A DNA stretch of 64,000 bases, from the NCBI GenBank assembly GCA_002269645.1, contig NIVC01001134.1, forward strand, positions 186,001 to 250,000, written 5' to 3'. This DNA comes from Macrostomum lignano (taxonomy: Eukaryota). Shown here piece after piece: positions 62,001 to 64,000 of this stretch (the stretch's first letter is position 1; the number at the start of each line of letters is the position of its first letter). A program made the position numbers and the translations under genes. The notes beneath the pieces were generated by a model, which ran no database searches, was not told the DNA's origin, and saw only the letters and a list, made by a program, of their open reading frames with translations.

Positions 62001-63731
62001 TAATTGAGAATCTCTATCAGCTTCAGCGACAGGATATTTTTCAGGAGCTTCAGAGCTGCTGAAATTCTGCCAGCATGGCGTCCATCTCTTGCTTGAGAGC
62101 CGAGGTGCGCTGCTTCTCCTCGATCAACTTCTCTGCAAGCGGGGGCGCAGGCAAGGAGAGCGAATGTTTTAGTTTGGGGCCAAGTCACGTCAAAATTATT
62201 CAAGCATGCGTCTCAAGCTGTCCGGTCTTTTCATTCTTATTTGACACCCAGAAATTCGAACAGTGTGGTGGGGAGCCACCAAACTGCTACAATAAAACCA
62301 AGCGGGTGTTAGGAAGCCCCGAATCGCATGGCCGTAGAGAGCCCCATAATTGACATCGAATCGGCTGAGTGGAAATAAAGAGCCCTAAAAATCAAATTAG
62401 GGTCAGCACGGTGGGAATCCTTCAGAACTGCACAGAGTGCGTTAAAAACGCAGACCAGAACTCACAATGGAATAAGGGAGCCACAAACTGGATCCCATAA
62501 GATACCTGAGTCCAGAACCTAAAAGGGACGTAGAGAGCCCAGAAACTATTAGGGTTGTGGTAGCCCCATAGGCCATAATATACGTAGCTAGCCCCAAAAC
62601 CCGCAAGGGACGTACAGAGCCCAAAAACCACATGACGTAGGGAGCCCCAAAATGCCCCGAGCACTCACAAAAATCGCAACCCCCCCAGAAACTGAAAGGT
62701 GTGGGTTGCACCATAAAGCATAAAATTCGTAGGTAGCCCACAACCCATAAAGGACGCTTAGAGCCCAAAAACCACATAACGTAGGGAACCCCATACCGCC
62801 GCCTAGAACTGGGGTACAATGAAAAACCGGAAGCTATATAAAAATGCAAGTTAGTAACAGAAAATTTTCACCGCCAACATGCAAACCACAGAGCAGTGTT
62901 AAAAAATGATAGTTTTTAGCCGAAGGCAAATTAAAAGTGCTTAGGATCACCGGTATCTCATGGCAGACAAAAATAAATACTAAAATCTAAAACTAACACC
63001 GACACTAAAGCAAACTACTATATATATATGTAATTTAGCAACCTTCCGCCAAGTCTCTTTCGCGCCTCATCACGAGCAACTCTCGTTCCGCTTGCTCCAT
63101 ACGAAATACGCACTTGAAATAATAAGCCATTAAAATCATTACTTCGATTGATAGGCATTAATGATGATTAAGATTAAGCAGGTAATTATTGCAGCTAATT
63201 TAGATCGAAAGAATCATTATAAACTGTGTTGATTAACTAAATCGGCAATAGTGTTGGTTATTAAAGGAATTAAAAGTGCCGTGGCTACAATACAACATTG
63301 AATATTACTAATGAGTAGTAACTACTGCGTTTCTACTGCATTTTACCTTCCACCTTCTCCAATTCTTTCTGGCGTTTGGCCGCCTCTCGTTCAACATTTT
63401 CAGCCCTCTCGGTGGCCTGGCAGAGCCAAAAAATAAACAAAATTCGGATGAATTGAGGACAGCACGGCAAACCAGCAAGCAAAACATCCTGGATACGCTG
63501 CGTCACCGACGGCGAATATTAAATATACAAACTACTATAATACTGAAAATATAGACAGACGACTGGGATTCTGTGAGCATCATAAATCATAGTCAAAGTA
63601 CTACACAAACAATAAAACATTGATTTCAGGCACACAGGCTCAGTCAGGCTCAAGCGCGTACCCTCGAGACGGTCCACTTCGCTCTGCAGCTTCGACACCT
63701 GGCGCTCCGCCTCCTGGGCCCTCTGCTCCGC
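59066..63731 (-). CDS. TPM: Tropomyosin, 3' part: internal exons 63731-63662 and 63416-63347 (70 nt each), terminal exons 62132-62050 and 59148-59066 (83 nt each); 5' part lies off the right edge
   Basis: [23 protein letters not shown] plus [27 protein letters not shown] is the classic invertebrate tropomyosin C-terminus. The alternative exons read [23 protein letters not shown] and [27 protein letters not shown]. Splice phases match. Confidence 0.9.
60830..61350. repeat. ~45-47-bp minisatellite (aaactgggctggtcgggagagagtgtacattgaggggggtgaagtta) in a tropomyosin intron
   Basis: About 10 units. Confidence 0.9.
62440..62810. repeat. Highly degenerate tandem repeat (gggacgtagagagcccaaaaacc-like) in a tropomyosin intron
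   Basis: Recurring acgtag, agccc and aaaacc motifs. Confidence 0.6.
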
Positions 63732-64000
63732 CTGGGTCACCGGGGTCAAGGGGGGGCACAAGATAGGTCAGAGACAGACAGAATCTAGCGTCAGGCTAGT
63801 AAGAGAACAGAATACAGAACGATATGATGGCAAGGGAACGAAGAAAGATAGAAACACGTAGATAGAAAGATGCTGTCAAGCTAGGTCAAGGTCAAGAGTT
63901 CAATAAAAGGTCAAATTGGTTAAGGTTAAAGATCAATTGAAGGTCAAGCTAGTTGAGGTCAAAGGTCAATAAAAGGTCAAGCTGGGTGAGGTCAAAGGTC

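Overview
Eukaryotic (invertebrate) genomic DNA: GC/CpG-rich exons, AT-rich spacers, and introns largely filled with locus-specific minisatellites. The style suggests a free-living flatworm such as Macrostomum, but that is inference and was not verified. I hand-built spliced models that keep the reading frame across every junction for six genes: a secreted PAN/apple + ALK/LTK-like glycine-rich protein (with a GC-AG intron), CEP41, a GRAF/oligophrenin-type BAR-PH-RhoGAP-SH3 protein, a two-LIM protein, a secreted LamG-like protein and an EF-hand rhomboid protease. A divergent 7TM receptor also joins in frame but needs a 25-nt intron. Partial genes are the 3' end of a tropomyosin (two 70-nt internal exons and two 83-nt terminal exons) and one exon resembling ETX/MTX2 (aerolysin-like) proteins. 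Mobile elements are a full-length APE-RT-RNaseH LINE with a 12-bp TSD, an intact-ORF Ty3/Gypsy (Mag-like) element with near-identical LTRs, two LINE 3' fragments and a probable tRNA/CORE SINE remnant. The most distinctive pattern is that most larger introns carry their own minisatellite starting at a splice site, and in two cases the repeat unit contains a copy of the 5' splice site. Most long ORFs in the supplied track are repeat artefacts.
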